From a virus, in the IMG/VR virus record IMGVR_UViG_3300043788_000101, positions 26,917 through 90,916 of that record: a stretch of 64,000 bases of DNA; one strand, written 5' to 3'. This document shows positions 20,219-30,014 of this stretch, piece after piece; position 1 is the stretch's first letter, and the number at the start of each line of letters is the position of its first letter. The notes beneath the pieces are model-generated. The model was given only the letters and a program-made list of their open reading frames with translations. It did not search any database and was not told the origin of the DNA. The position numbers and the translations under genes are program-made.

Positions 20219-20878
20219 ATGCTCAAGCACTTCAATTTCGCAATCGGAACGTGGACGCTGCCATCGTGGCTGACGCTCATCGGCTCGACGATCAGTGCCG
20301 CAATCCTGACCTACGTCATGTCGGTGCCGCCTGGGACGCTCATCACGTCGCTGACGACTGCCGCGGGGTTCACGGCTCTTTGGCATGGAGCACTCGTCGC
20401 CGTACTCGTCGCCGTGGTCAACCTCGCCAAGACGCAGCTCACGCCGGCGGACGCGAAGGCGAAGGCCGCGCTCGCGGCTGCGGCCGTCAAGACGCTGACC
20501 ACGCTGGTCATGACGTTCGCCTTCGTGCTTATGTGCGCAATCCTCGCTGGCTGCGGCTCATTCCTCAGTGCCTCACCGACGGTGCCTGTCACCCCAGCGA
20601 ACTCCGCTCAGGTCAGTTCGTGTGAAGCGACGGCGACGGGCCACAATCTCGGAGCCATCGGCGGAATGACGCTGGCCGGCGGAGCCACGGTGGTGGGCGT
20701 CATCGACTCGCAGGAGTCGAACGCCAAGACGCAGCAGGCCCTCGGGTGGACGGCTGCAATCATCGCAGCACTCGCGGGCGTCGATACGCTGTTCACGACC
20801 ATCGAGAGCGCGAACTACGCACAGAGCCAGTGCTCGGAGCTGCTCGGGCCCCTGCCCGTAGCAAAGGTGGCCCAGTGA
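20219..20878 (+). CDS. Multi-TM membrane protein (holin-like)
   Basis: Several hydrophobic helices and an internal LAGC. Confidence 0.55.
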   Translation: MLKHFNFAIGTWTLPSWLTLIGSTISAAILTYVMSVPPGTLITSLTTAAGFTALWHGALVAVLVAVVNLAKTQLTPADAKAKAALAAAAVKTLTTLVMTFAFVLMCAILAGCGSFLSASPTVPVTPANSAQVSSCEATATGHNLGAIGGMTLAGGATVVGVIDSQESNAKTQQALGWTAAIIAALAGVDTLFTTIESANYAQSQCSELLGPLPVAKVAQ

Positions 20879-21855
20879 GAATCCAGCAGCACACGGTCCA
20901 GCACCATGTGGGGGGCCGCAAGCGCCCCGACTTCGCCGCGCTCGCCGGCCATCACCGGATGGCGAAGTACATGACGCTGTCGACGCTACCGACGCCTCCG
21001 GCAAGCTTCAACTATTGGCCGCTCGCGAATCAGGCCGCGGTTGCGGATATCCTCGGCAACAACACGCTCGGCGACTGCACCGCGGCGGGCGCCTGTCACC
21101 TCGCGGACGTCTACTCGGCGGGTGGGGGCTCGCAGGCTGCAATGACATCGGCGCAGGCGATTGCGTTCTACTCGCTGTCGACTGGATACAACCCGGCGGA
21201 CCCGAGCACGGACCAGGGGGGCGACGAGGTCACGGTGCTCACCGACTGGCAGACCAAAGGATTGGACGGCGCAGGCCTGCACGCGATCAAAGGTTTCGTG
21301 AGCGTGGACGGATCGAACGCGGCGCTCCTCTTCGCGTCCTGCTGGCTTTTCGGAGGATTGTACTTCGGGCTGGAGCTGACCGAGGCCATGGCCAACACGA
21401 GCGGCTCGGGCTTTCTCTGGGTGCCAGGTACGGCCAACCCGAACGACGGTCACTGCGTCGTCGGCGCGGGGGGCGACTCCTCGGGCAAGGGGCAAATCCA
21501 AATCAACACGTGGGGTCTTCTCGGCGGCTTCGAGATGGATGCCATCGCGGAGCTTTGCGTCGAGTCGGCGGGCGGCACCGTGTTCGTTCCCATCAGCGCC
21601 GAGTGGGTGAACGCCGCGAAGTCTGCGGCGCCGAGCGGCTTCGACTGGGAGCAGCTTGCCTCGGACTTCGACCTCGACCTCGGTGGGGCGGTACCTGTGC
21701 CTTCGCCGGTTCCGCCTCCCGCGCCATCGGGCCCCGCCACGCAGGCCAGCGTCAATGCGGCTCTCGCGGGCGCGTTCCAGTACGACATGATGACCAAGTC
21801 GCAAGCCGTCACGCAGGCGCAGGCCTCGGTGGCGGCCCTTACGTGGCCGGCGTGA
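20875..21855 (+). CDS. Papain-like cysteine peptidase
   Basis: GDCTAAG (Cys), GHCVV (His), INTWG (Asn). Confidence 0.75.
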   Translation: MRIQQHTVQHHVGGRKRPDFAALAGHHRMAKYMTLSTLPTPPASFNYWPLANQAAVADILGNNTLGDCTAAGACHLADVYSAGGGSQAAMTSAQAIAFYSLSTGYNPADPSTDQGGDEVTVLTDWQTKGLDGAGLHAIKGFVSVDGSNAALLFASCWLFGGLYFGLELTEAMANTSGSGFLWVPGTANPNDGHCVVGAGGDSSGKGQIQINTWGLLGGFEMDAIAELCVESAGGTVFVPISAEWVNAAKSAAPSGFDWEQLASDFDLDLGGAVPVPSPVPPPAPSGPATQASVNAALAGAFQYDMMTKSQAVTQAQASVAALTWPA

Positions 21856-22121
21856 AGCTCGACGCCGCGCTGCTCTGGGCTGGCTGCTTGGCCCTGACGT
21901 TCGCCCAGTGCAACGCCTGCCAATCGACACCATCCGCCGTGTCGCCGTCGACCATCTGCGCGGAGCTATCAGAAGCCGGTTGCCTGCAAATCAGCTCGGA
22001 TTGCGCCTCGTCGATCACCGTTCAGCTTGAGGGCGGCGCCGGAGCCAATCCGCTACTCTCGACGGCCATCAACTGCCTCGCCGCGGGCGGGACGGTGCCG
22101 AGCTGCGGAGGGTGCCCGTGA
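21852..22121 (+). CDS. Small Cys-rich secreted protein / lipoprotein
   Basis: GTG start overlapping the previous stop; signal-like N-terminus. Confidence 0.5.
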   Translation: MKLDAALLWAGCLALTFAQCNACQSTPSAVSPSTICAELSEAGCLQISSDCASSITVQLEGGAGANPLLSTAINCLAAGGTVPSCGGCP

Positions 22122-22400
22122 GCCTCGATTGGAAAGAGCCTGGCACGTTCGACCAGTGGCGCGACCAGTTCGTGAACGCGCTCGGGTCCGCTGCGACGTG
22201 CGCCGACAGTCCTACGCACATCGTGGACGCGGCCGACATGATCGCTCAAGCCGCCGTCGAGCTGATTCAGCAGCGCGCGAAGGAAGCGGGGCGATGATCG
22301 GCCGTCTGTCAAGGCTCGACTACGCGCGCGATGCCGCAGCAGGCAAGACCGGCTTTACGCGCTGGCTTGCCTGGGCGATTGCGCTTATCCTCGGGCCCCC

Positions 22401-22886
22401 ATGAATCCAGCCTACATACTCGCAGCCCTTCTCGCGTGGAACCCCGGTGGCAAGCAGGGGGCCAGAGGCTCCACGACGGATGCAGTTCTCACGGAATGGG
22501 CGACCGCCATCGCGGATGCCTGCAACCTTGACGAGGACGGGCGCAAGCTGACGCCGCTCGAGTGCCTCACGCAAGCGGCCATCGCCAGCGAGGAGACACG
22601 GTTTGCTCCGTACATCCTCGACGGATCGTGCAACATCCAGGGATGGCGCGCGCTGCACCATCTGGACAAGAAGTGCGACGGCGACAAGGCGTACGGACCA
22701 TGGCAGGTCTGGCAGCCAGCGTGGGTCAGTGTCTGCCCTGCCGGCGGCGAGAACCCAGACACGCGTGACCCATTCATCAACGCGCTCGTGGCTAGACGCC
22801 TTCTGCTCAAGAACCCGCACGGCTGGATGACGTACGACGCCGCGAAGGCGAAGGCCGAGGCCTGGACGGCGACGCACAAGGAGTAG
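22401..22886 (+). CDS. Putative lysozyme-fold / lytic transglycosylase
   Basis: AIASEETRF...DGDKAYGPWQV resembles the SLT E-S/T and G..Q motifs. Confidence 0.55.
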   Translation: MNPAYILAALLAWNPGGKQGARGSTTDAVLTEWATAIADACNLDEDGRKLTPLECLTQAAIASEETRFAPYILDGSCNIQGWRALHHLDKKCDGDKAYGPWQVWQPAWVSVCPAGGENPDTRDPFINALVARRLLLKNPHGWMTYDAAKAKAEAWTATHKE

Positions 22887-22888
22887 CG

Positions 22889-23200
22889 ATGTGCACGTTT
22901 TCGATGATCGTCGATCAGTTGGGGCCGAAGATACCGGACATCACGTCGCCGAATCCGTTCGCGCCTTGGGTTGCGCCGCAACCTCCGATGTCGTTCACGC
23001 CGTACACGCACGAGCAGATCGAGGAGTGGCGCAAGTTCTTCGAGGAGGCCAAGGCAAAGCTCGCAGCGGCGAAAGCCGAGGACGAAGCGGTCGGCACGCC
23101 AGACTGCACGGACCCCGCGAAGCGCCCCATCCTAGAGCGGCTCGCGGAAATGGAACGTCGACTCGCAGCGATCGAAAAGGCCGTTGGCCTGAAAGGATAA
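22889..23200 (+). CDS. Hypothetical phage protein
   Basis: MCTFSMI...AKAEDEAVGTPDC.DP.K; RBS present. Confidence 0.6.
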   Translation: MCTFSMIVDQLGPKIPDITSPNPFAPWVAPQPPMSFTPYTHEQIEEWRKFFEEAKAKLAAAKAEDEAVGTPDCTDPAKRPILERLAEMERRLAAIEKAVGLKG

Positions 23201-23203
23201 CCC

Positions 23204-23446
23204 ATGCACTATCGAAACGGACGCGAAGCCAAGAACGGGGACCAAATCGTTTCACTCGGGCCTGACGGCAAGGTGCTCGGCGTCGGCATTCTCTACAACG
23301 CCGTGGCTGGCAACGACTACTGCAACGGGAGCCTTGCGCTGATTCCGGGCCCCGCGTACGCGTGCCTGGTCGACGCGTTGCACGTTGACGACCTCGCGGC
23401 CCTCCTCGCCGAGAAGGGCCTCGACAAGCGTCCGGCCGGCAAGTGA
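23204..23446 (+). CDS. Hypothetical phage protein
   Basis: MHYRNGREAKNGD...NDYCNG; RBS AAGGA. Confidence 0.65.
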   Translation: MHYRNGREAKNGDQIVSLGPDGKVLGVGILYNAVAGNDYCNGSLALIPGPAYACLVDALHVDDLAALLAEKGLDKRPAGK

Positions 23447-24102
23447 CCGATTACGCCGTAGCACCCGCACGGGTCGGCCTCTGGCTCGACTGCGACACGA
23501 TCGGCACGCTGACGCCGTCTAGGATCGCGGCTGCCATGGCGCATGTGCACCCGACCTACGGCAAGGTCCAAGGAATCGAAGGCTACAGCGAGCTTCCGAA
23601 CGAACGCGTCGACGGGACCATCTGGACGGCCGACTCGCTCGCGATGGTCGTCGCTGCTGGGGCGCAAGCGCTCTGGATACAGCACCCACTCGCGCCGGGT
23701 TGGATACCGTCCGAGAACCTCGGGGCTATTCACGAGGAGCACGCGAGCGCCTACGCGGCCTCCTGCGGATTCCCGATGCCGATCCACGGCGGCGTCGACA
23801 TCGAGGGCACCGCGGGGCCTTCGTACGGCTACGGGCTCACGTGGGCCACGAATCGAGTGCAGCGCGGCGGCAAGTGTATGGGCTACTACGGCTACCAGCT
23901 CGGGATGAGCCTCGCTGACTTCGCTGCGATGGCGAACGTCACGGCGTATTGGGAAGCCTTCAATCAGCCGCGCATCGGTGGGCGCGGGCCGTGCCTTGTC
24001 CAGGGTCCTACGCTCACGATCCCAGGCTTCGGCGCGGTCGACACCGACCTGATGGCGGCCGACCTGAAGGGTGAGCTTCCCATGGTCTGCCAAGCCGCCT
24101 AG
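23443..24102 (+). CDS. Putative GH25/DUF1906-like glycoside hydrolase
   Basis: VDIEG, MGYYG and VDTD motifs typical of TIM-barrel muramidase-like proteins. Confidence 0.5.
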   Translation: MTDYAVAPARVGLWLDCDTIGTLTPSRIAAAMAHVHPTYGKVQGIEGYSELPNERVDGTIWTADSLAMVVAAGAQALWIQHPLAPGWIPSENLGAIHEEHASAYAASCGFPMPIHGGVDIEGTAGPSYGYGLTWATNRVQRGGKCMGYYGYQLGMSLADFAAMANVTAYWEAFNQPRIGGRGPCLVQGPTLTIPGFGAVDTDLMAADLKGELPMVCQAA

Positions 24103-24131
24103 CAATCGCGACCTGCACAGCAGCGTCAAGC

Positions 24132-24172
24132 GCCCCCACCTGGCTTCGGCTGGGTGGGGGCTTTCTGCTTTT
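24132..24172 (+). terminator. Intrinsic terminator ending the late operon
   Basis: GCCCCCACCTGGC-TTCG-GCTGGGTGGGGGC followed by TTTCTGCTTTT. Confidence 0.85.
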
Positions 24173-25381
24173 GTGCGCCCTCTCGCCCGAAGTCGCCTAG
24201 GCTAGCACGTTGGGCAGGGGCGGCGATGCTCGTCGCAGTAGTCGCAGTTGCCTAAATGCTGGCCGCAATCCGGGCACTTGACCTCGGCGGACAACGTCTC
24301 CGCCCACGTGCGCCAGTGGACGGTGGACGGACACGGCGGGTCCGAATCGGGCCGGCCAGTGTAGGGCCGGTGGCACCAGGCGCAAGTCTCGTCGCTCATT
24401 CGCTCTCCCTTGCGCGCACTCCCGCGCCGTTCGTCCTTACTTTTCACCACGCGAAATCAAGATGACATCGGCGACGAGTAGCGGTCGCTGCCACTTTCCC
24501 TTTGAGGCGAGACCATTCTCGCGCGTGAATCGGTAGCTGCCACAATTCGAGCAGTCTTCGCGCGCCATACTGCCGAACCCGAACGCGACCATTGGCTTCG
24601 GGTGACGGCATCGCGCGAGGCGCAGCACGGCGGTGTGAATCATCGGCGTCCCGTCACGTCGAGCGACGAAGCCTCATCGAAAACGCCCGCAGAAGCGTTT
24701 GGCTCCGTCTTCGCTTCTGAAAGCCTACGCGCCTCATTCACAAGGCTGTAGGTCTTGTCGCACTCGGCACAATGCTCAACGCACGACGCGCCGGGGCACG
24801 CGCACCCGAGCGCGTACTGGTCGAGGCGAGCAATTGTCCTCGCGAGCATCGTACGCAAGGCGTCGCCGTACTGTTTCTGCGCGTCGGCAATCACCGTCCA
24901 GCGGTTCCGAGCCTTCGTCATCTCTTCGAGATCGGCTTCCGCCATAGCGAGCCTTGCGCGACTCTCGATTAGCCGCGTCTCGGTGCCGGCTAGAAGCTCT
25001 GGGCAGAACGCCTGGTGTTCGACGCCGCGCGCTGTCTTACGCCCGCCGCACGCATCGCAAACGAGGTAGCTCATGGCAACGGCTCCCATCGTCCAGGCAG
25101 CCAGTGAAGCGCCTCTCCGATGCCCCAATTCTTCCAATGCTCATCGCACCTGAGCGAGCGAACTATCACGCGACCGCTTCGCGTTCGACGATGCCTCGTA
25201 GGCCTCTGAGGGCAACGTCCGTCGCCACTCTCATGCTGGCATCGGCGGTGCTCAGTTTCGGTATGCGGGGTATCGACGCCGCACACGGGGCATGAAAACG
25301 TACCTGTCGGAACTGCACTCATGTCGCCTCCGTTTGCCATTGTCCTAAAGCCCCTCGCGCGTAAAACAACGCCCATATTCC

Positions 25382-26190
25382 CTACAGCGGTAGCCGCTCA
25401 GCGAGCCCAAACCCCGCACTATTGCGGTGTCCGCCTCCGCCGTACTTCTTGGCAATCTCCGAGACGTCCACGCCTTCGGGACCGCGCGACCGAAGCGAGT
25501 AGGCATAGATGCCGTCCGCTCGCTGGAACCATCCAAGGGCGAACGGGGCCGACTCCGCGAGCTTGCCGACTAGCTCTGAGATGTTGATGTACGGCGCATT
25601 CACGATCGGGATGCGGTAACCCTCGAAGTCGACCGTCCGGGCTTGTTCGACCATCTCCGATACGTAGCGGTCGACGAACGCGAGCACCGCTTCCCCCTTG
25701 TCGATGACAGCGGCAAGCGATAGGTCATTCAGTGCGCTCCACTCCGAGAACGAATCGCGCTTGCAGGCCGAGATCCAAGCGTTCGCCTCCTTGCTCTTGT
25801 CGAATTTCCACCGCCACAAGTCGCGGTCCTCCACGAAATCGATGAGCCACGGTCGTGCAGTCCGGTGCAGCAAATCCCATGTGAGGCCGGCGCCACTTCG
25901 ATCCATGTCGAACGTGGCGAAGTCGAGCCCTTCGAGCGCGCCTGCGCCGTCTTGTGGTGGTCGAACACGGATAGTCCGGAAGCCTTCGCCTTCATGTCCA
26001 GCATGACGTCGCGCGGGTAGCTGAAGTCGACGACGAGCACCGACCGTCCGGTCACGTCGGGCGGTGCGTCGCCGTAGCTGGCTGGTAGGTACTCGGCCTC
26101 ATCGCCGTACTTGAGCCACGCCGCCCACGCAGCGGTGTACCCGTCGATACAGTTCCCATGGTAGATTACGAGTCGCTTCTTCTCAGCCAT
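25382..26190 (-). pseudogene. DHH/DHHA1 phosphoesterase split by a 1-nt frameshift near 25940
   Basis: YHGNCIDG, VDFSY and DHH in one frame; EDRDLW and GGGGHRNSAGF in another. Confidence 0.8.
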
Positions 26191-29100
26191 GGCCTTTCCT
26201 TTCCTGCGTGATCCTACGGGTTGCGCGCATCACTTCGGGCATCGTCCGTACATCAAACCGCACCCCTCACACTCCCAGTGCGCCACGTAGGAAGGCGGCG
26301 GCGGTCCTCCGATTCGGTCTGAATGGCGGTAGCGCACTACACCGGAAACGCGTCCACCACATACGCGGCACGGCGCAGTCTCGGGAGCGTATTTACCGAC
26401 CCTGCGTCTCTTATCCTCTTCGTCCGCACGCCGCTCTGCCATGTGCTTCGGTATCTCGCGAGCTATGCGCGCCACGTCCTCGGGAGTGAACTTGGGCAGC
26501 TTCAAGGTGTCTCCTCTCTCAGTGCGCGCATCACTTCGCCGATGACACCGACAAGTCTTCGAGTGCGCACGTCAAACCGTGTAGCATGTCTTCACTCCAG
26601 AATTCTTGTCGTAGGCGTTCCACCCGTCGCACGGCATCCGTCCGCCGTGACAGTCTCTTCAGTCTGCCCATTGGCATGCAGTTCGTGAGTGTCTAACCAT
26701 GGACGCAGGCCGTCATCCAAACCGCTCCACGTGAAAGACGATCCGCACGGGCAAACGTACGTGGACGTATCAAGATCAACTTGAAGCTTTAGCGGTCCGG
26801 TCTCTCCCGCTCTCATGTTGCTCCGTTCCTTTCTTCCGTCTCCTAGTCGTCCGCGCGCATCACTTCGCCACATCCAGGCGCGCAAGGTTCGCCTGCTCCC
26901 GCGCCACACAAGACGCACGTCGGTTTGCACCGTCCGCCATGGCCAGCGGGCAGCCGGCAGTGCCGTACGTTGCGCTCGTAACAGGGAATGTCACTCACCA
27001 TGCGCGGCTTACACCGCTCACATCGACAGATGCAGGCGCGCGTCTGGCAATGAATCCCGTTTAGACAGTGCCCCGTCATCTTCGTCTCCCTAGCGCGCGC
27101 AGCGTCGGCGCGATTAGCAGTAGCATTCCGGACATGCGTGATGGCCCGTGTTCGGGCAGCCGATCTCGTTCTCTTTCTCACACGGGACGGCCTTCATATC
27201 CTTGAAGCAGAGAACGCGAGCGCCAAGACACTTCTTGCAGGCGAGCCCGCGAGGTGGGCGCATGCGCTCGTTCATTCGAGCCACGATTCGAGCGGCCAGC
27301 TCGGGCGTGTCGACCATGCCAACGCACACGTCGTCAAAGTAGAGCGTGCGTCCCAATTTTCGTCCCACTCGCCACCTGGGAATCATCTAGCTCTCCCTCG
27401 CGCGCACTACTTCGGCCTTCGTGACGACGTGCGCTCACATGGCGGCCATGACGTCGTGGCGTCGATTGTGACGTGCACACCTTCGTGCCCGCGTTCCCGA
27501 TGGCATCGCATCCGGTGGTTGTTCGGCGGCTCCGCGCGGTACGCCCACGACCGACACCGCGCAGCTTTCTTTGTTCGGATGACCATCTGACTCATCTATC
27601 TCTCCCTCGCGCGCAGTTAGACCGCCGATGCTCCAGACACTTGCGCACTGACACTCACCGGAGTGTAGGCGTCACACTTCCCGCACCTGGCGCACTTGTA
27701 AGGCGCGTGGTCGTAGTGCCGGTGCGGGATTGGGTCGTCGCCCTGACACTCGCAACGGTCGGGGTGCTCGTAAAAGCCGCGACCGCACCAGCTTAGCGCG
27801 CCGCCCTCGTTGTTGATTCGGTCTAGCCGTGCGTGGTCGACGTCCTCGGCTCGAATCTTCCCGATGGCGTCGTAAGCCCGAAGGACGACACGTACCCTTT
27901 CCCATTCCTCGTCTGATGGGCGCACCCCTGGTGTTTCCAATTCTTGGAGTCGCCCACACTCGTCGTTGAGAGCAGATAGGATGTCAGCGATGGCTTTCGA
28001 CTTCACGTTGTCACCCTTCGTCCGTGTCCCGGTTCATCGCGCGCATCACTTTTGGGATGCTTCCGGCTTCGGAATACCCATCCGCACTTTGCGCAGAATG
28101 ACGCATCCAAGGCACTTGCATCCGCGTGCGATGTATTGGCCCGTCTTCTCGTTCCCCAGCGTCCGCCATGCCTCTGCGGCTAAGCGGTCTGGTAATTCGA
28201 TCGTTACCTTCACGGCGTCTCCTCTCTCAGTGCGCAGCGTCGGCGCGATGTTCCTCACGTATGCCCACCGTCTAAAACCTCGGAGGCGACGATCAGCGCC
28301 GGATCGTTTGAACCCTTGTGCTGCACGCCACAAATTGTCGATCCTGGAACATGCTCCATCGCACACTCGATTGCGCGCATTGCAGTTGGAGCCACAACGG
28401 CCAGCATCCGATTTTCGGACCACCGACGTCCCGCTGCCTCATCTTTCGGCAACGTGACCGTCACATGCCACACGTGCTGCCCCTTGAATACTTGAATGGC
28501 CATTTCGTGCCTCCTCTAGAAGTCCGCGCGCATCACTTCGGGGATGCTGGCGACACGTGCCCACCATTTTCGATGATCCGAACCGCGTCCTCTAACGCAT
28601 GACCAGCCATCCGTCGGTCGCCATTCTTATATCGCTCCCACGAGGCGAGCGCCTCTGCCTTGAGCCAAGCAACGATGAGAGCCCGCTCGCTCTTCACGCC
28701 CTCATCGTACCCCGCCGCACGCATGATGCTCGGGACGTCTATCGGCGGTTGCTGCCCGACGTCCACGTAGATGACGGCGTTTGGCGCCAGTGTGCCTCGT
28801 AGGTCTGTCGGTTCATTAGCCATCGTGCATCCTCCTTCGCCTCGCGCGCAGCATCGGCGCGATTGTCGTTACACTTCCTCACGGTTCGCGAACCCATCAG
28901 TGTTCGGGCAAGTCTGCGAGTTTGGCCTGATGTGATTGTCGAGGATGCCTACGTACTTGCATTGGGAGCACCGCTCCAGACGAGGCTTTTTCTTTGGCCA
29001 CGACAGGCCAACGACGCCGAGCACGATGGCGACCACGAGCAGAAACGTGAGGTACTGAATCGAGAAGCCTTGCATGGTCGCCGTCTCCTAGAAGTCCGCG

Positions 29101-29570
29101 CGCAGCCGCGCGGCAATTGTCACTACAGATTCTCACCGCCGTTGACCAGGATGATCCCCTTGGCTTCATAGGACCTAGCGCGCCTCTCGCGTTCTCGCGT
29201 TCCTCACAAGCTGCTCCACGGCCCCGCTCCGCGTCTGACCGCGCTGGCTCGCGATGGCGTCGAGTCGGGCAAGCGCCTCGGGACTCAGCGTCAGCGTCAC
29301 CATGGGGCGCGTGCGCTTGGCGTTGGGGGTCGTGGGGGTGCCGGAGCGGGTCACGACTTCGATCGTTCGATTTCGATGATGCGAGCTATCTCGTTCAAAG
29401 CATCCCGGCGTGACCCGCGAACGGACGCCATCAACGTTCGGGAAGCATGTTCCCAGCCGACCGTAAAGCCTCGCCCGTCACTGTCGCGGCGAACGCGAAC
29501 GTAGGCGCACTTCCCGTTGACGACAAGCTTGCGCGCGTCCCAGCCTGTCCATGTTTCTGACATGAGATAG

Positions 29571-29599
29571 ATAGTACATGCGCCGTACGTACAGCGCAA
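29571..29599 (-). promoter_or_regulatory. Sigma70-like promoter, probably leaderless transcript
   Basis: TTGCGC-N17-TACTAT-N7-ATG(29563). Confidence 0.55.
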
Positions 29600-30014
29600 G
29601 GGATAATCGTACGCGCTATGTCGATTTCTGCGGACGCGGCTAAGTGCGCGAAAAGGCTGGGCGCGCGCATGGCACTTACTCTACCGAAGTGCGTTTCTGC
29701 ACTCGTCCAATGTGCGCTGAACGAGATAGTTGAACTCGGTTGGTCCGTCGATCAGGCCCCGTGCCATCAACAGTGTGGCTGCCGCGCTGTTCAGTGCGTC
29801 TCGAAGACGTTGCGTCTCCGCATCCTTCGTCTGCTCGATAATGACCTTGCGGACACGGTCATACAGCGTCTCGAAACCGAAGACGATCATTGTCCCGTCG
29901 CCACCATCGCTCTGCCGAGCTGGGTCGATGGTGCGTCTCACGAGTCGGTCAAGCTCTTCGTCCGTCATCGGGTGATCCTCCTGGTGCGCGCGCATCTGAG
30001 TTAGCTCACCCTCC

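Larger units (their letters stand above)
24412..29994 (-). repeat. Dispersed gene-boundary repeat TGCGCGC + purine-rich RBS (about 13 copies)
   Basis: Plus-strand GCGCGCA at 24412, 26223, 26524, 26853, 27095, 27400, 27609, 28039, 28526, 28844, 29098, 29988; variant GTGCGCA at 28230. Confidence 0.8.
24202..30000 (-). other. Array of about 20 small leftward hypothetical genes, many Cys/Zn-finger-like
   Basis: Examples: 24202-24399, 24437-24643, 26230-26505, 26592-26817, 27114-27386, 27407-27595, 27617-28006, 28046-28213, 28255-28503, 28533-28823, 28869-29075, 29351-29563, 29681-29968; most have an RBS. Confidence 0.65.

Noticed and set aside
24412-29994. CRISPR array or classical integron
   Set aside because: Repeats are short and separated by whole genes; no cas operon, attC-like structure or integrase in the window
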